A DNA stretch of 32,000 nt from Candidatus Methanoperedens sp. (GCA_041494705.1 JBGQBI010000005.1:230199-262198), one strand, 5' to 3'. Positions 16,960 to 25,104 are shown, numbered from the stretch's first letter. Numbers and translations are program-made. Notes: generated from the sequence alone by a model not told the origin.

Positions 16960-17589
16960 TCATCCTTTGATCTTCCCCACAACCTCTGCCACGCGCAGGC
17001 CAACATGCCTTGCCATCGCAAGACCAATCTCATCATTCAGGGCATCACCCTTCATTCCGGCTTTGGCGCTTCCGCCCAAACCGTAGTTATTGCCCACCAC
17101 TATCATATTCTGCATAAGCATCCACTGAAGTATGGAGTTTATGGTAAAAAGCTGGCCTCCATCCCTGCCTCCGCCCACTGCTATGGCGCCACCCACTTTG
17201 TTTTTCAGCAGGAATTCAGGTCCGCCGGGAACACCAGGCCTGTCCTGCGGAGTGCCTTTTGCATACCGCAGTATTACGCTCCTGTCAAAAAGAGCCTTGA
17301 GCTGGGCTGTCACAGAAAGGAAATATACTGGTGAAGCTACGATTATCCCGTCCGCTTCCTTCAATGCTTCATAAATGCGGGGTACATCATCATCTTTTAT
17401 AGCGCATATTCCCTTTGATTTATCAGTACGGCATGTCCCGCAGCCGTTGCAGGGTTTGATTTTCTTGCCTGACAGGGCGATTAATTCTGTTTTAGCGCCC
17501 AATTCAGACGCTGCTCTCAATGCTTCCTGTACAAGTATTTCGGTGTTGCCTTTTGCTCTCGGGCTTCCGGATATTCCAACTATTTTCAT
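16960..17589 (-). CDS. Iron-sulfur flavoprotein (Isf-like NADPH-dependent FMN reductase family)
   Basis: 209 aa. The flavodoxin-like N-terminus is MKIVGISGSPRAKGNT and the compact Cys cluster is CNGCGTCRTDKSKGIC (C-x2-C-x2-C-x8-C), as in Methanosarcina Isf-type proteins. Confidence 0.8.
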   Translation of the reverse strand: MKIVGISGSPRAKGNTEILVQEALRAASELGAKTELIALSGKKIKPCNGCGTCRTDKSKGICAIKDDDVPRIYEALKEADGIIVASPVYFLSVTAQLKALFDRSVILRYAKGTPQDRPGVPGGPEFLLKNKVGGAIAVGGGRDGGQLFTINSILQWMLMQNMIVVGNNYGLGGSAKAGMKGDALNDEIGLAMARHVGLRVAEVVGKIKG

Positions 17590-17699
17590 AATTTACTCCT
17601 TTTTACGATAAATTCTTATATTAATTACGGTAATACGATAGTTTAATTATATATTTAATAATTTCTGCGAAAAATTCGCAAAAAGAGGCAAGACGCAAT

Positions 17700-18677
17700 A
17701 TGGCAAAAATGTGGACGTCGAATGAAGAGTTTGATTTTGAAACTGCAAGAGACTATGCAAGCAAACTTGTATTGCTGGCTTGCGCCCACCGGGCAGGAAT
17801 ATTTGAAGCACTCTCTGAGGAAAAGGACATAGCAGCCCTGAAGCATGCACTCAATGCCGACGAGAGGGCTCTCTTCATCGTACTTGAGGCGCTTTGCGCT
17901 TCGGGATATGTCCATAAGAGGCTGGACAGGTATATCATAACCAAGAAGGCACGGTCTCTTTTCCTTGAGCACGGTGAGGATTATGTTGGAGGGTCTCTTC
18001 CCCATTTTCTCGATATAATGGAAGCATGGCTTAAGCTTCCCGGGATAATCAAAGGGGCAAAGCCCGACAGGTCAGAAGGTGATGTTGCCGCTTTCATGAA
18101 CGCAATGGCATCAAGGCCGGATGAAGTTGTAGAGAATGCCGTAGAGCACTGCCTTAAAAGGAAAAGTAATGCGAAGAACGTGCTTGACCTGGGGGGCGGG
18201 CCTGGCAAGTACGCAAAAGCCTTTGTCAATAGAGGCTTGAGCGTGGTTCTTTATGATTTGCCGGATACTATTGATTACGTCAAAACCCGGTTCGGACTGG
18301 GGGATGTCAGGAACCTGATTCTCAGGAAGGGGGATTTCACAAACGAGTTCGTGAATGAATTCGCCGGTGAGTCATTCGACATTGTTTTTATGGGCAATAT
18401 CTGCCATATCTATTCAGAGAAAGGGAACAGGAAACTTATAAAGCGTGCCGGTAATATTTTGAGAAGCGGCGGGATGATCGCCATCGAAGACATGGTCAGG
18501 GGACGAAGTCCAATGGCAGAAATGTTTGCCGTGAATATGCTGGCAAACACAGAAGATGGAAGCACATACACTGAAGCGCAGTACAGGGAATGGCTCACAG
18601 ATGCCGGATTTCGCAAAATCGAAATAATTGACATTGCGCAAAAGAGTAACCAGCTTATCACAGCTTTTCTGGGGTAA
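17700..18677 (+). CDS. SAM-dependent O-methyltransferase (family 2, with N-terminal winged-helix dimerisation domain)
   Basis: 325 aa. SAM motif I is VLDLGGGPGKYA with an acidic loop at VLYDLP. The N-terminal about 100 aa resemble the dimerisation domain of plant/bacterial-type OMTs. Confidence 0.75.
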   Translation: MAKMWTSNEEFDFETARDYASKLVLLACAHRAGIFEALSEEKDIAALKHALNADERALFIVLEALCASGYVHKRLDRYIITKKARSLFLEHGEDYVGGSLPHFLDIMEAWLKLPGIIKGAKPDRSEGDVAAFMNAMASRPDEVVENAVEHCLKRKSNAKNVLDLGGGPGKYAKAFVNRGLSVVLYDLPDTIDYVKTRFGLGDVRNLILRKGDFTNEFVNEFAGESFDIVFMGNICHIYSEKGNRKLIKRAGNILRSGGMIAIEDMVRGRSPMAEMFAVNMLANTEDGSTYTEAQYREWLTDAGFRKIEIIDIAQKSNQLITAFLG

Positions 18678-18680
18678 AGT

Positions 18681-19136
18681 ATGGACGAGACGGACAAGAA
18701 GATAATTGAACTGTTACAGCAGGATGGCAGATTGGAGGATGTGGAAATAGCCCGAAAAATTGGGATATCACACGATACAGTTAAACGAAGAAGAAATAAA
18801 CTCGAAGATGCCGGTTACATTAAAATCCAGGCTAATATCAATCCGCGCAAGCTCGGATATACAAATGTCTTTATCTTAGGGATAACTTTAGCCCCCGGCA
18901 AAGATGTCAGGAAAATAGCAGGAAAACTGGCTTCTATGAAAGAGTTCTTTTTTGTGGCGCTTTCGTTGGGCCCCACTCATTCCATAGTTGCTTCATGTTT
19001 TGCTCAAGACCAGATAATTCTCAATAAACTGGTTGAAGAATTAAGAACATGGAAAGAAATAGAAAAAATCGAGACCAATATCATTTACGAAGTTTTGAAA
19101 TCCGGCTACCATAATATTCCAGTAATAACCCTGTAA
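18681..19136 (+). CDS. Lrp/AsnC family transcriptional regulator
   Basis: 151 aa. The N-terminal HTH is DKKIIELLQQDGRLEDVEIARKIGISHDTVKRRRNKLEDAGYI, followed by a C-terminal RAM/ACT-like domain. It starts 3 nt after the OMT stop. Confidence 0.85.
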   Translation: MDETDKKIIELLQQDGRLEDVEIARKIGISHDTVKRRRNKLEDAGYIKIQANINPRKLGYTNVFILGITLAPGKDVRKIAGKLASMKEFFFVALSLGPTHSIVASCFAQDQIILNKLVEELRTWKEIEKIETNIIYEVLKSGYHNIPVITL

Positions 19137-19152
19137 GGAGCCAACCTATAAT

Positions 19153-20151
19153 ATGACTATTGCAATTGAAGTCAAAGAGCTTGTTAAGGTTTATGACGGC
19201 AAGGTCAGGGCTTTAGACGGTGTTAATCTAAAAGTTAAAGCCGGAGACGTTTTTGCCCTGCTGGGCCCCAATGGTTCGGGCAAAACTACGTTGATGCGGA
19301 TTTTAACCACCCAATTTAAACCCACTTCCGGTGAAGCATTTATTTTCGGATTCGATGTTGCAAGGAGGGATGCCGAAGTCAGGAAAGTTATCAGCTACGT
19401 TCCCCAGGAGACGAGCGTCTGGACTGATATCAGCGGCTATGAGAATCTTCTCATATACGCCAAAATTTATGGGCTTCAATCGAGAGATAGGAATAAGGTT
19501 ATCCGGGATGCACTGGAGGGTATGGGCCTGGATACTGTTGCGGACAACCTTGTCAAGACATACTCTGGCGGCATGATCAGAAGACTTGAGATGGCATGCG
19601 CCATGCTTATAAGACCTAAGATTTTATTTCTGGATGAACCTACATTGGGTCTTGATCCTACTGCCAGAAAGGCTGTCTGGGAGAAGCTGACATCTTTTAA
19701 GAAGGAATATGATACAACAGTATTTTTTAACACACATTACATGGATGAAGCTGACCTCTACTCTGATGAGATAGCTATAATTGATAGAGGCAAGATGGTC
19801 AAGTTCGGTACGGCTGATGAACTTAAACATTCCATCAGGAGAGATGTCGTTCAATTCAGTTTAAACAATCATATTGTTGATGAGAGTGTTTTAAAGAGTA
19901 TCAGGGATTTAGATTTTGTCAACGACATTATTATTAATAATTCGGAACTCAGCGTAGTTGTCGTTGATGCAGAAACTGCGTTGCCTGTTGTTATGGAGAT
20001 CCTGAGAAACGGGGGCATATCTGTAAAGAAAATATCTATGACCAGACCGACCCTGGATGATGTTTTCTTAAAATATGCCGGGGCTATTTCTTTGGATAGC
20101 GGCGGTATTCGCGAGAACAAGCAAATCAGGAGCATGAGCGGGAAGGGATAG
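19153..20151 (+). CDS. ABC transporter ATP-binding protein (ABC-2/DrrA-like, with C-terminal extension)
   Basis: 332 aa. Walker A is GPNGSGKTT, the signature is YSGGMIRRLEMA and Walker B is ILFLDEPTLGLD. The extra about 90-aa C-terminal domain is typical of DrrA/CcmA-like ATPases. Confidence 0.9.
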   Translation: MTIAIEVKELVKVYDGKVRALDGVNLKVKAGDVFALLGPNGSGKTTLMRILTTQFKPTSGEAFIFGFDVARRDAEVRKVISYVPQETSVWTDISGYENLLIYAKIYGLQSRDRNKVIRDALEGMGLDTVADNLVKTYSGGMIRRLEMACAMLIRPKILFLDEPTLGLDPTARKAVWEKLTSFKKEYDTTVFFNTHYMDEADLYSDEIAIIDRGKMVKFGTADELKHSIRRDVVQFSLNNHIVDESVLKSIRDLDFVNDIIINNSELSVVVVDAETALPVVMEILRNGGISVKKISMTRPTLDDVFLKYAGAISLDSGGIRENKQIRSMSGKG

Positions 20152-20159
20152 ATTTGACA

Positions 20160-20924
20160 ATGACAGATTCTTTAAGGGAAATGTTTGCTATGATAGAACT
20201 TGAGCTGCGAAGGCTCAGTCATGACAGAACCGAATTATACACCAGGGCAATACAACCGATTTTATGGTTAGCTGTTTATGGAACTGTCATGAGCCATGTT
20301 AAGGCTATACCTACTGATGGGATACCTTACCTTGATTATATTACTCCTGGCATTTTGCTGCAATCTACCATATTTGTATCGGTCTTTTATGGTTTAACTA
20401 TTGTATGGGAAAGAGAGACCGGTATTTTAAAGAAGCTTCTTGTGGCTCCTGCTTCCAGGTATGCTACTGTTATAGGCAGGTCAATAGCTTCGGGCGTCAG
20501 GGCGATTTTCCAGGTTCTCATAATTATACCTGTGGCGCTGCTTATTGGAGTTGATTTTCTGTTTAACCCTCTATACTTCATTATGGCAATTTTAATAATA
20601 TTCTTTGTTTCAGGCGGGTTTGCCGCCATCTCTATACTTATAGCATCTTTAATGAAAACAAGAGAGAGGTTCATGGGCATAGGCCAGGCTCTTATCATGC
20701 CGCTTTTCTTTGTCAGTAATTCCCTGTATCCAATCAAACTGATGCCCACAATCTTACAAAACTTAGCCTATTTTAATCCTTTAACCTACGCGGTGGATGC
20801 TGTGAGAGGCCTGATGATAAGCGGGGACATTAGCAACCTTCTGCCCGATATTGCGGCAATTGCAATTTTCGATGTAATAATGTTTGCGGCGGCTTCAATA
20901 AGCTTCAGGAAAATCATAGAATAA
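20160..20924 (+). CDS. ABC-2 type transporter permease
   Basis: About 254 aa with six predicted TM helices and the ABC-2 membrane pattern. It directly follows the ATPase. A TTG at 20154 is an alternative start. Confidence 0.85.
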   Translation: MTDSLREMFAMIELELRRLSHDRTELYTRAIQPILWLAVYGTVMSHVKAIPTDGIPYLDYITPGILLQSTIFVSVFYGLTIVWERETGILKKLLVAPASRYATVIGRSIASGVRAIFQVLIIIPVALLIGVDFLFNPLYFIMAILIIFFVSGGFAAISILIASLMKTRERFMGIGQALIMPLFFVSNSLYPIKLMPTILQNLAYFNPLTYAVDAVRGLMISGDISNLLPDIAAIAIFDVIMFAAASISFRKIIE

Positions 20925-20988
20925 CTTAGCCCTGTATAATTAATAGTACCATTCTTTGGAAAAAGATATAATAATTCAATAACATTTA

Positions 20989-21516
20989 ATGCTCAATAGA
21001 CTGATGGTTCAAATGAAACTCAAATTAAATATCGGAAAGCATAATATTTTGATATCGGCTATTGTTTTGATCATCTCAGTGCTCCTGCTTATAAACCGGC
21101 TCCTGGCGACAGGCCCTGTTCAGCTCATTTTGGAGAACGGCCAGGCAGTTCCGATAGAAGGGGTCTCGTATTTTTCACTGAATGAGGTGTTGTTCCTGAT
21201 TATAACTGCATGGTTTGGAGGTATGTCATTCCTTTATATATTCCTGCTCTCAAACGAAAGCGAAGCGCCCGCATTAAAAGAGAATACAGCAGCCGAGAAT
21301 AAAAGTACAGCCGTGTTGGCAGCCAATCTGCTTATTGGTGATGAGAAGATATTGCTACAGAAAATCATCGATGGCGGTACGATATTACAGAGGGAACTTA
21401 TTTTAAAGACTGGCTTTTCGGAGCCAAAAGTGAGCAGGCTTCTTGATAAGCTTGAGAAAAGAGGATTGATAATACGCCAGAGGGATGGGATGGGAAACAA
21501 GGTATTGATAAAATAG
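20989..21516 (+). CDS. Membrane-associated winged-helix transcriptional regulator (COG2512-like)
   Basis: 175 aa with two hydrophobic TM segments (ILISAIVLIISVLLLI; VLFLIITAWFGGMSFLYIFLL). The C-terminal MarR/IclR-like wHTH is ILQRELILKTGFSEPKVSRLLDKLEKRGLIIRQRDGMGNKV. Confidence 0.7.
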   Translation: MLNRLMVQMKLKLNIGKHNILISAIVLIISVLLLINRLLATGPVQLILENGQAVPIEGVSYFSLNEVLFLIITAWFGGMSFLYIFLLSNESEAPALKENTAAENKSTAVLAANLLIGDEKILLQKIIDGGTILQRELILKTGFSEPKVSRLLDKLEKRGLIIRQRDGMGNKVLIK

Positions 21517-21528
21517 CTATGTAAGACC

Positions 21529-21595
21529 TGATTTCATTTTTTCGAAACTGCTTTCAAGACAATTTCAGGGAATTCATATATGGTCTTTCATCTTA
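21529..21595 (+). promoter_or_regulatory. Conserved promoter/operator block, copy A (upstream of PepSY-like gene 1)
   Basis: CTGATTTCATTTTTTCGAAACTGCTTTCA[AGACAATTTCA]GGGAATTCATATATGGTCTTTCATC. It shares about 55 nt with copies B and C and carries an 11-nt internal duplication. The TATA-like CATATAT lies about 26 nt upstream of the ATG at 21604. Confidence 0.6.
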
Positions 21596-21603
21596 TGGAA
21601 ACT

Positions 21604-22002
21604 ATGAACAAATTGAAAGTATTCGCACTGGTTATGATCGGTCTGCTGATTATTGCCACAGGGCTGCGGTTTACCTATTTGGAGGTGCATGAATTCCCGC
21701 TTAATGAGACACAAAAGATTTTTGCAATAAACACAGCAAAGGATGGGTTAAGAGATGAAATCGGGGGTAACAATTATAATACTACTGTCCAGGATCGAGG
21801 ACGGACAATGTCTACCGCAAACGGAGATAAAAAGGTCGTACGTGTTGTTCTCACCCGGGAAAATATAACCATAACTGCTCTTGTTGACATGGATACAGGC
21901 AGTGTAGTGGAAAAAACCAGGGTGGAATCGAGCGGATGGATGACAGAGTATCAGGATCAAAATCCAAAGCGCTGGGGGCATCAGCGTTTATTCAACAGGT
22001 GA
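21604..22002 (+). CDS. Small N-terminally anchored PepSY-like domain protein (paralogue 1)
   Basis: 132 aa from MNKLKVF. It has a TM anchor, then LNETQKIFAIN..., then VVRVVL...ALVDMDTGSVVE, which fits the PepSY pattern. It is about 60% identical to the 30319-30720 product. The start was chosen by paralogue alignment; the track start at 21580 lies inside the conserved non-coding block. Confidence 0.7.
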   Translation: MNKLKVFALVMIGLLIIATGLRFTYLEVHEFPLNETQKIFAINTAKDGLRDEIGGNNYNTTVQDRGRTMSTANGDKKVVRVVLTRENITITALVDMDTGSVVEKTRVESSGWMTEYQDQNPKRWGHQRLFNR

Positions 22003-22038
22003 TACCCCGCGCCTGTGGGATAGAATAACGTATCAAAT

Positions 22039-22947
22039 ATGAAAGTTCGAATATTCCTTTTCCTGCTGATAATCCTGATAACAGGAGCGCATGCACAGGA
22101 GACGATAAACGAGGAGCAGGTATTGCTCAATGGTTATGTAGACAATTCCGGGAACGTGCTTCTGACAGGTTATGCCACGCCCGGATCTTTGTCTTATATG
22201 CCTTTCTTAAATGAAACGCAGTACACTTTTGATAACAATACTAACCAGCTTTATACAGTTACAGACGCACTGACATCAAAGAGCGCGGATATATGGTCGC
22301 TTAACTTCTCTTTGGAAGGTTACTATTCAGACTATTCTGTAACATTTGATTTTCCTGCCGGTTCTGAGGTCACGAAGATTGATGTACCACCTGAACTCAA
22401 TTACCAGGTACAGGTCAAGGCGGACTCGCTTACTTTATCCATTCATGGATACAGGGTAATATCACCATGGATTAAAGTGGAATACAAACTGCCAGCTAGT
22501 GTGCCAGCTCAATCAAGAAGCCCAATTACTACCGTGCTCATAGCATTGCTTGTTATTGTGTCGATCGCAGGAACTAGCTTCGCGTTTTATAGACGTAGAA
22601 TGCAGAAAACAACAGCCATCCCTGAAAAGAAAGAATCCCTCAACCAGGAAACTGAGGTAATCTCGGTAATGAAACCTGAAACAAAAGAAATCCGTATCAC
22701 CGGCGAAATGCAAAAGGTCATAGATACTCTTTCCGATAACGAGAAGGCGATAATAAGCATACTGCTAAGAAACGGTGGTTCTGCAACGCAGGCTGACATC
22801 CGGTATGAGACAAGGATACCAAAATCTTCACTTACAGGCATAATAAACGCTCTAAAGAGGAAAAATATAATAAAAAAGCATGAATACGGAAGGACGAACG
22901 TTATCGAACTTTCGGAATGGTTTTTATCTGAAAAAGAACTCAAATAA
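22039..22947 (+). CDS. Membrane-tethered winged-helix regulator with signal peptide and extracellular domain (COG2512-like)
   Basis: 302 aa. It has a signal peptide (LIILITGAHAQ), an extracytoplasmic domain of about 150 aa, a TM helix (ITTVLIALLVIVSIAGTSFAF, then YRRR), and a cytoplasmic wHTH (SDNEKAIISILLRNGGSATQADIRYETRIPKSSLTGIINALKRKNII). Confidence 0.7.
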   Translation: MKVRIFLFLLIILITGAHAQETINEEQVLLNGYVDNSGNVLLTGYATPGSLSYMPFLNETQYTFDNNTNQLYTVTDALTSKSADIWSLNFSLEGYYSDYSVTFDFPAGSEVTKIDVPPELNYQVQVKADSLTLSIHGYRVISPWIKVEYKLPASVPAQSRSPITTVLIALLVIVSIAGTSFAFYRRRMQKTTAIPEKKESLNQETEVISVMKPETKEIRITGEMQKVIDTLSDNEKAIISILLRNGGSATQADIRYETRIPKSSLTGIINALKRKNIIKKHEYGRTNVIELSEWFLSEKELK

Positions 22948-23021
22948 AGCTTATTTGATACCAATGTTCTGCATCGAAATTAAGTATCGTTCAATCCAAG
23001 AGGGAATTTGAGGTTATCAAA

Positions 23022-23654
23022 ATGAAAATAACGAATAAAATAGCAATATTATTTGCTGCATCTTTGCTGGTTCTGGCACCAATGGCAGTAACTGTGTTTG
23101 CTCAGCCCTCAGGTGTGGGCACTGGTAAAGAAAGAGGATACGGAGCACCGCATAACCCTATCGGAACGTTAAAACCGAATGTTGTGCCTATACTTATGGG
23201 ACACGGGTTTGCACTGAATCCATCAGATGAATCCCAGTATCACGTTCTGGATGTGACGGCTATGAAAGTCAGCAACGCATCCCAAAGTCAGACCAGAGCT
23301 GATATCAGATTCGCAGGTCAGCCGTATGGTCTCACCATAACTGGCTTTACCGACCAATCACTTACTGGAAACATAGAGACGCTGCCTCCGCGCGGGACGA
23401 ACCAGACGGGCTTCACCCCAACTACAGTAGGAAGCATATCGCTTTCAATGTCTAAATACGAAGGGGTAATGCTTGCAACAGGTACTATAACCATGAACAG
23501 TACGAATTATAATGTACTACTGACATCTCCCGTTATAGCTTCAGGTGGCGAACAGCCCAACTTCAATGGAACGATCAGACAGCACAGCTTTAATGCAACA
23601 TTAAGAAAGGGCAACTTCAATGGAATGTTCGGACCACACAATTCTAAACGATGA
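23022..23654 (+). CDS. Secreted protein of unknown function, N-glycosylation-sequon rich
   Basis: 210 aa with the signal peptide MKITNKIAILFAASLLVLAPMAVTVFAQ and five N-x-S/T sequons. The C-terminal tail has a repeated NFNG motif. GAGG lies upstream. I recognise no family. Confidence 0.65.
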   Translation: MKITNKIAILFAASLLVLAPMAVTVFAQPSGVGTGKERGYGAPHNPIGTLKPNVVPILMGHGFALNPSDESQYHVLDVTAMKVSNASQSQTRADIRFAGQPYGLTITGFTDQSLTGNIETLPPRGTNQTGFTPTTVGSISLSMSKYEGVMLATGTITMNSTNYNVLLTSPVIASGGEQPNFNGTIRQHSFNATLRKGNFNGMFGPHNSKR

Positions 23655-23682
23655 AACACAGAAAATGATAAAGTAAGAGTAT

Positions 23683-23714
23683 TGGATCCCCGGCAGGGGA
23701 TTCATTTTATTTAT
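23683..23714 (+). terminator. Hairpin plus T-run terminator after the secreted-protein gene
   Basis: UGGAUCCCC-GGCA-GGGGAUUCA forms a 9-bp stem including one G-U pair, which favours the + strand. It is followed directly by TTTTATTTAT. Confidence 0.55.
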
Positions 23715-23950
23715 CCCCCTTGGCACGAAATGATAACGCTTGTGAATAAAAATGAAATAATAAACGTAATAAAAGATTACATACAGAGGAAGTCCGGTGT
23801 TTAATTAAAGCATATGTACCCCTCCGTACCACCACCTCTCTGGGCTTCCATTACTTCTAATATACGGCAACAGAACGGATTGGAGAGAATGATAATAGGA
23901 ATCTCGACACGAATTATAACGATACGAAAAAGAAAATAAGGAGAAACAAA

Positions 23951-24400
23951 ATGAACAGGAAAACAGCAATCATATTACTTTTATTAACATCAGTAATTCT
24001 TGCAGGAGCACCGGAGGCTTTTGCAAGGCCACAATATTTTAACGCGCTCACCGCAGTATATGGTAGTGATTATTCATGTGGCACCTGCCATGTGAATCCC
24101 AATGGCGGCGGACCACGCAACTCTTATGGAACGTTATTTGAGAGCCAGCCTGGCCATAGGGCTGATCCGGGTGCAGCCCTGACAGCAATAGGGTCGCCGT
24201 CCTCATCAACTGCAACCCCACTCATTACGCCAACAGCCACAACGACCCCGGCACCAACAGATACTCCAGTTGATACTGCAACTACGGAGGTTACAACCGT
24301 GACGCCATCAGCGACACCCGCAGCACCAGGATTCGGAATTGTGTTATCCCTGGTCGGATTATTTGCAATGATTCTTCTGGCAAAGCGGAATGATAAATGA
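23951..24400 (+). CDS. Small monoheme c-type cytochrome with Thr/Pro-rich stalk and PGF-CTERM anchor signal
   Basis: 149 aa. It has a signal peptide (..AGAPEAFA), a single CXXCH (CGTCH) in a domain of about 60 aa, a T/P-rich linker of about 45 aa, and C-terminal PGFGIVLSLVGLFAMILLAKRNDK (PGF + TM + basic tail). A strong AAGGAG RBS is present. Confidence 0.75.
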   Translation: MNRKTAIILLLLTSVILAGAPEAFARPQYFNALTAVYGSDYSCGTCHVNPNGGGPRNSYGTLFESQPGHRADPGAALTAIGSPSSSTATPLITPTATTTPAPTDTPVDTATTEVTTVTPSATPAAPGFGIVLSLVGLFAMILLAKRNDK

Positions 24401-25104
24401 TGGAAACCATAATGGAACTGCAGGATGTCTGGAAAATTTACAAGATGGGTGAAGTGGAAGTTCCAGCTCTGAGAGGAGTAAGTGTAAAAATAAAGAAAGG
24501 AGACTTTGTGGCTATCATAGGTGCCTCGGGAAGCGGCAAGTCCACAATGATGAACCTGATAGGCTGCCTGGATATTCCTTCCAGAGGAAGCCTCTACCTC
24601 CGATCGCAAGACATCAGCACATTAAGCGAATCAGACCTTGCCTCATTCAGGGGAAAGACTATCGGTTTTATTTTCCAGCAATATAACCTGATCCAGTCAA
24701 TGTCTGCTTTTGAGAACGTGAAGCTTCCATTGGAATTCCTGGAATATGATGACCAAAAAGCGGCAAACAGGGCAATAGAAATACTGACACTGGTAGGCTT
24801 GAATAACATGATGCATCATCGGCCGACACAGCTTTCCGGGGGTCAGCAGCAGAGAGTGTCTATAGCAAGATGCCTGGCTGGCGACCCTGAGATAATCCTT
24901 GCGGATGAGCCTACCGGAGCACTCGACAGTGTTACAGGCAGGGAAGTCCTGGATATGCTTCACAGATTGTGGGAAGAGCAGGGAAAAACGATCATAATGG
25001 TCACTCATGACCTTAATCTGGCCAAATATGCTCACACAACAATTGAACTGAAAGACGGAGAGATTTTGAAAATATCTGAAAATAATGAGGTAAATAAAAA
25101 ATGA
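24400..25104 (+). CDS. ABC transporter ATP-binding protein, MacB/LolD/FtsE type (module 1)
   Basis: Walker A GASGSGKST, Q-loop, signature LSGGQQQRVSIARCL, Walker B IILADEPTGALD, H-loop VTHD. This is the same family as M. jannaschii MJ0796. The start at 24400 aligns with the paralogue; the ATG at 24397 is an alternative. It overlaps the cytochrome stop. Confidence 0.92.
   Translation: METIMELQDVWKIYKMGEVEVPALRGVSVKIKKGDFVAIIGASGSGKSTMMNLIGCLDIPSRGSLYLRSQDISTLSESDLASFRGKTIGFIFQQYNLIQSMSAFENVKLPLEFLEYDDQKAANRAIEILTLVGLNNMMHHRPTQLSGGQQQRVSIARCLAGDPEIILADEPTGALDSVTGREVLDMLHRLWEEQGKTIIMVTHDLNLAKYAHTTIELKDGEILKISENNEVNKK

Noticed and set aside
16703-17334. Plus-strand ORFs (16703-17086, 16897-17334, 17132-17374) overlapping the Isf-like gene.
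   Set aside because: They are antisense shadows of a gene with clear flavodoxin-like and Cys-cluster motifs.
17666-17680. Palindrome TGCGAA-AAA-TTCGCA between the divergent Isf-like and O-methyltransferase genes.
   Set aside because: It has only 6-bp arms, which are expected by chance in this amount of sequence. I note it as a possible operator but it is not supportable alone.
21580-21603. Upstream start codons for the PepSY-like genes (ATG at 21580, GTG at 30313).
   Set aside because: The paralogue alignment begins at MNKLK/MNIWK. The ATG at 21580 lies inside the conserved non-coding block, and its counterpart in copy C is out of frame and terminates after 9 codons.
23730-23804. 24-codon ORF (MITLVNKNEIINVIKDYIQRKSGV) in the 300-nt spacer upstream of the cytochrome gene.
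   Set aside because: It has no SD or promoter-like context, and it is an AT-rich sequence in which short ORFs arise by chance.
24124-24609. 161-aa minus-strand ORF across the cytochrome/ATPase junction, and the 191-aa ORF at 26258-26833 with a PPPPPPPP run.
   Set aside because: They are reverse complements of the T/P-rich stalk and of the poly-Gly coding run respectively. Both are antisense to well-supported genes.
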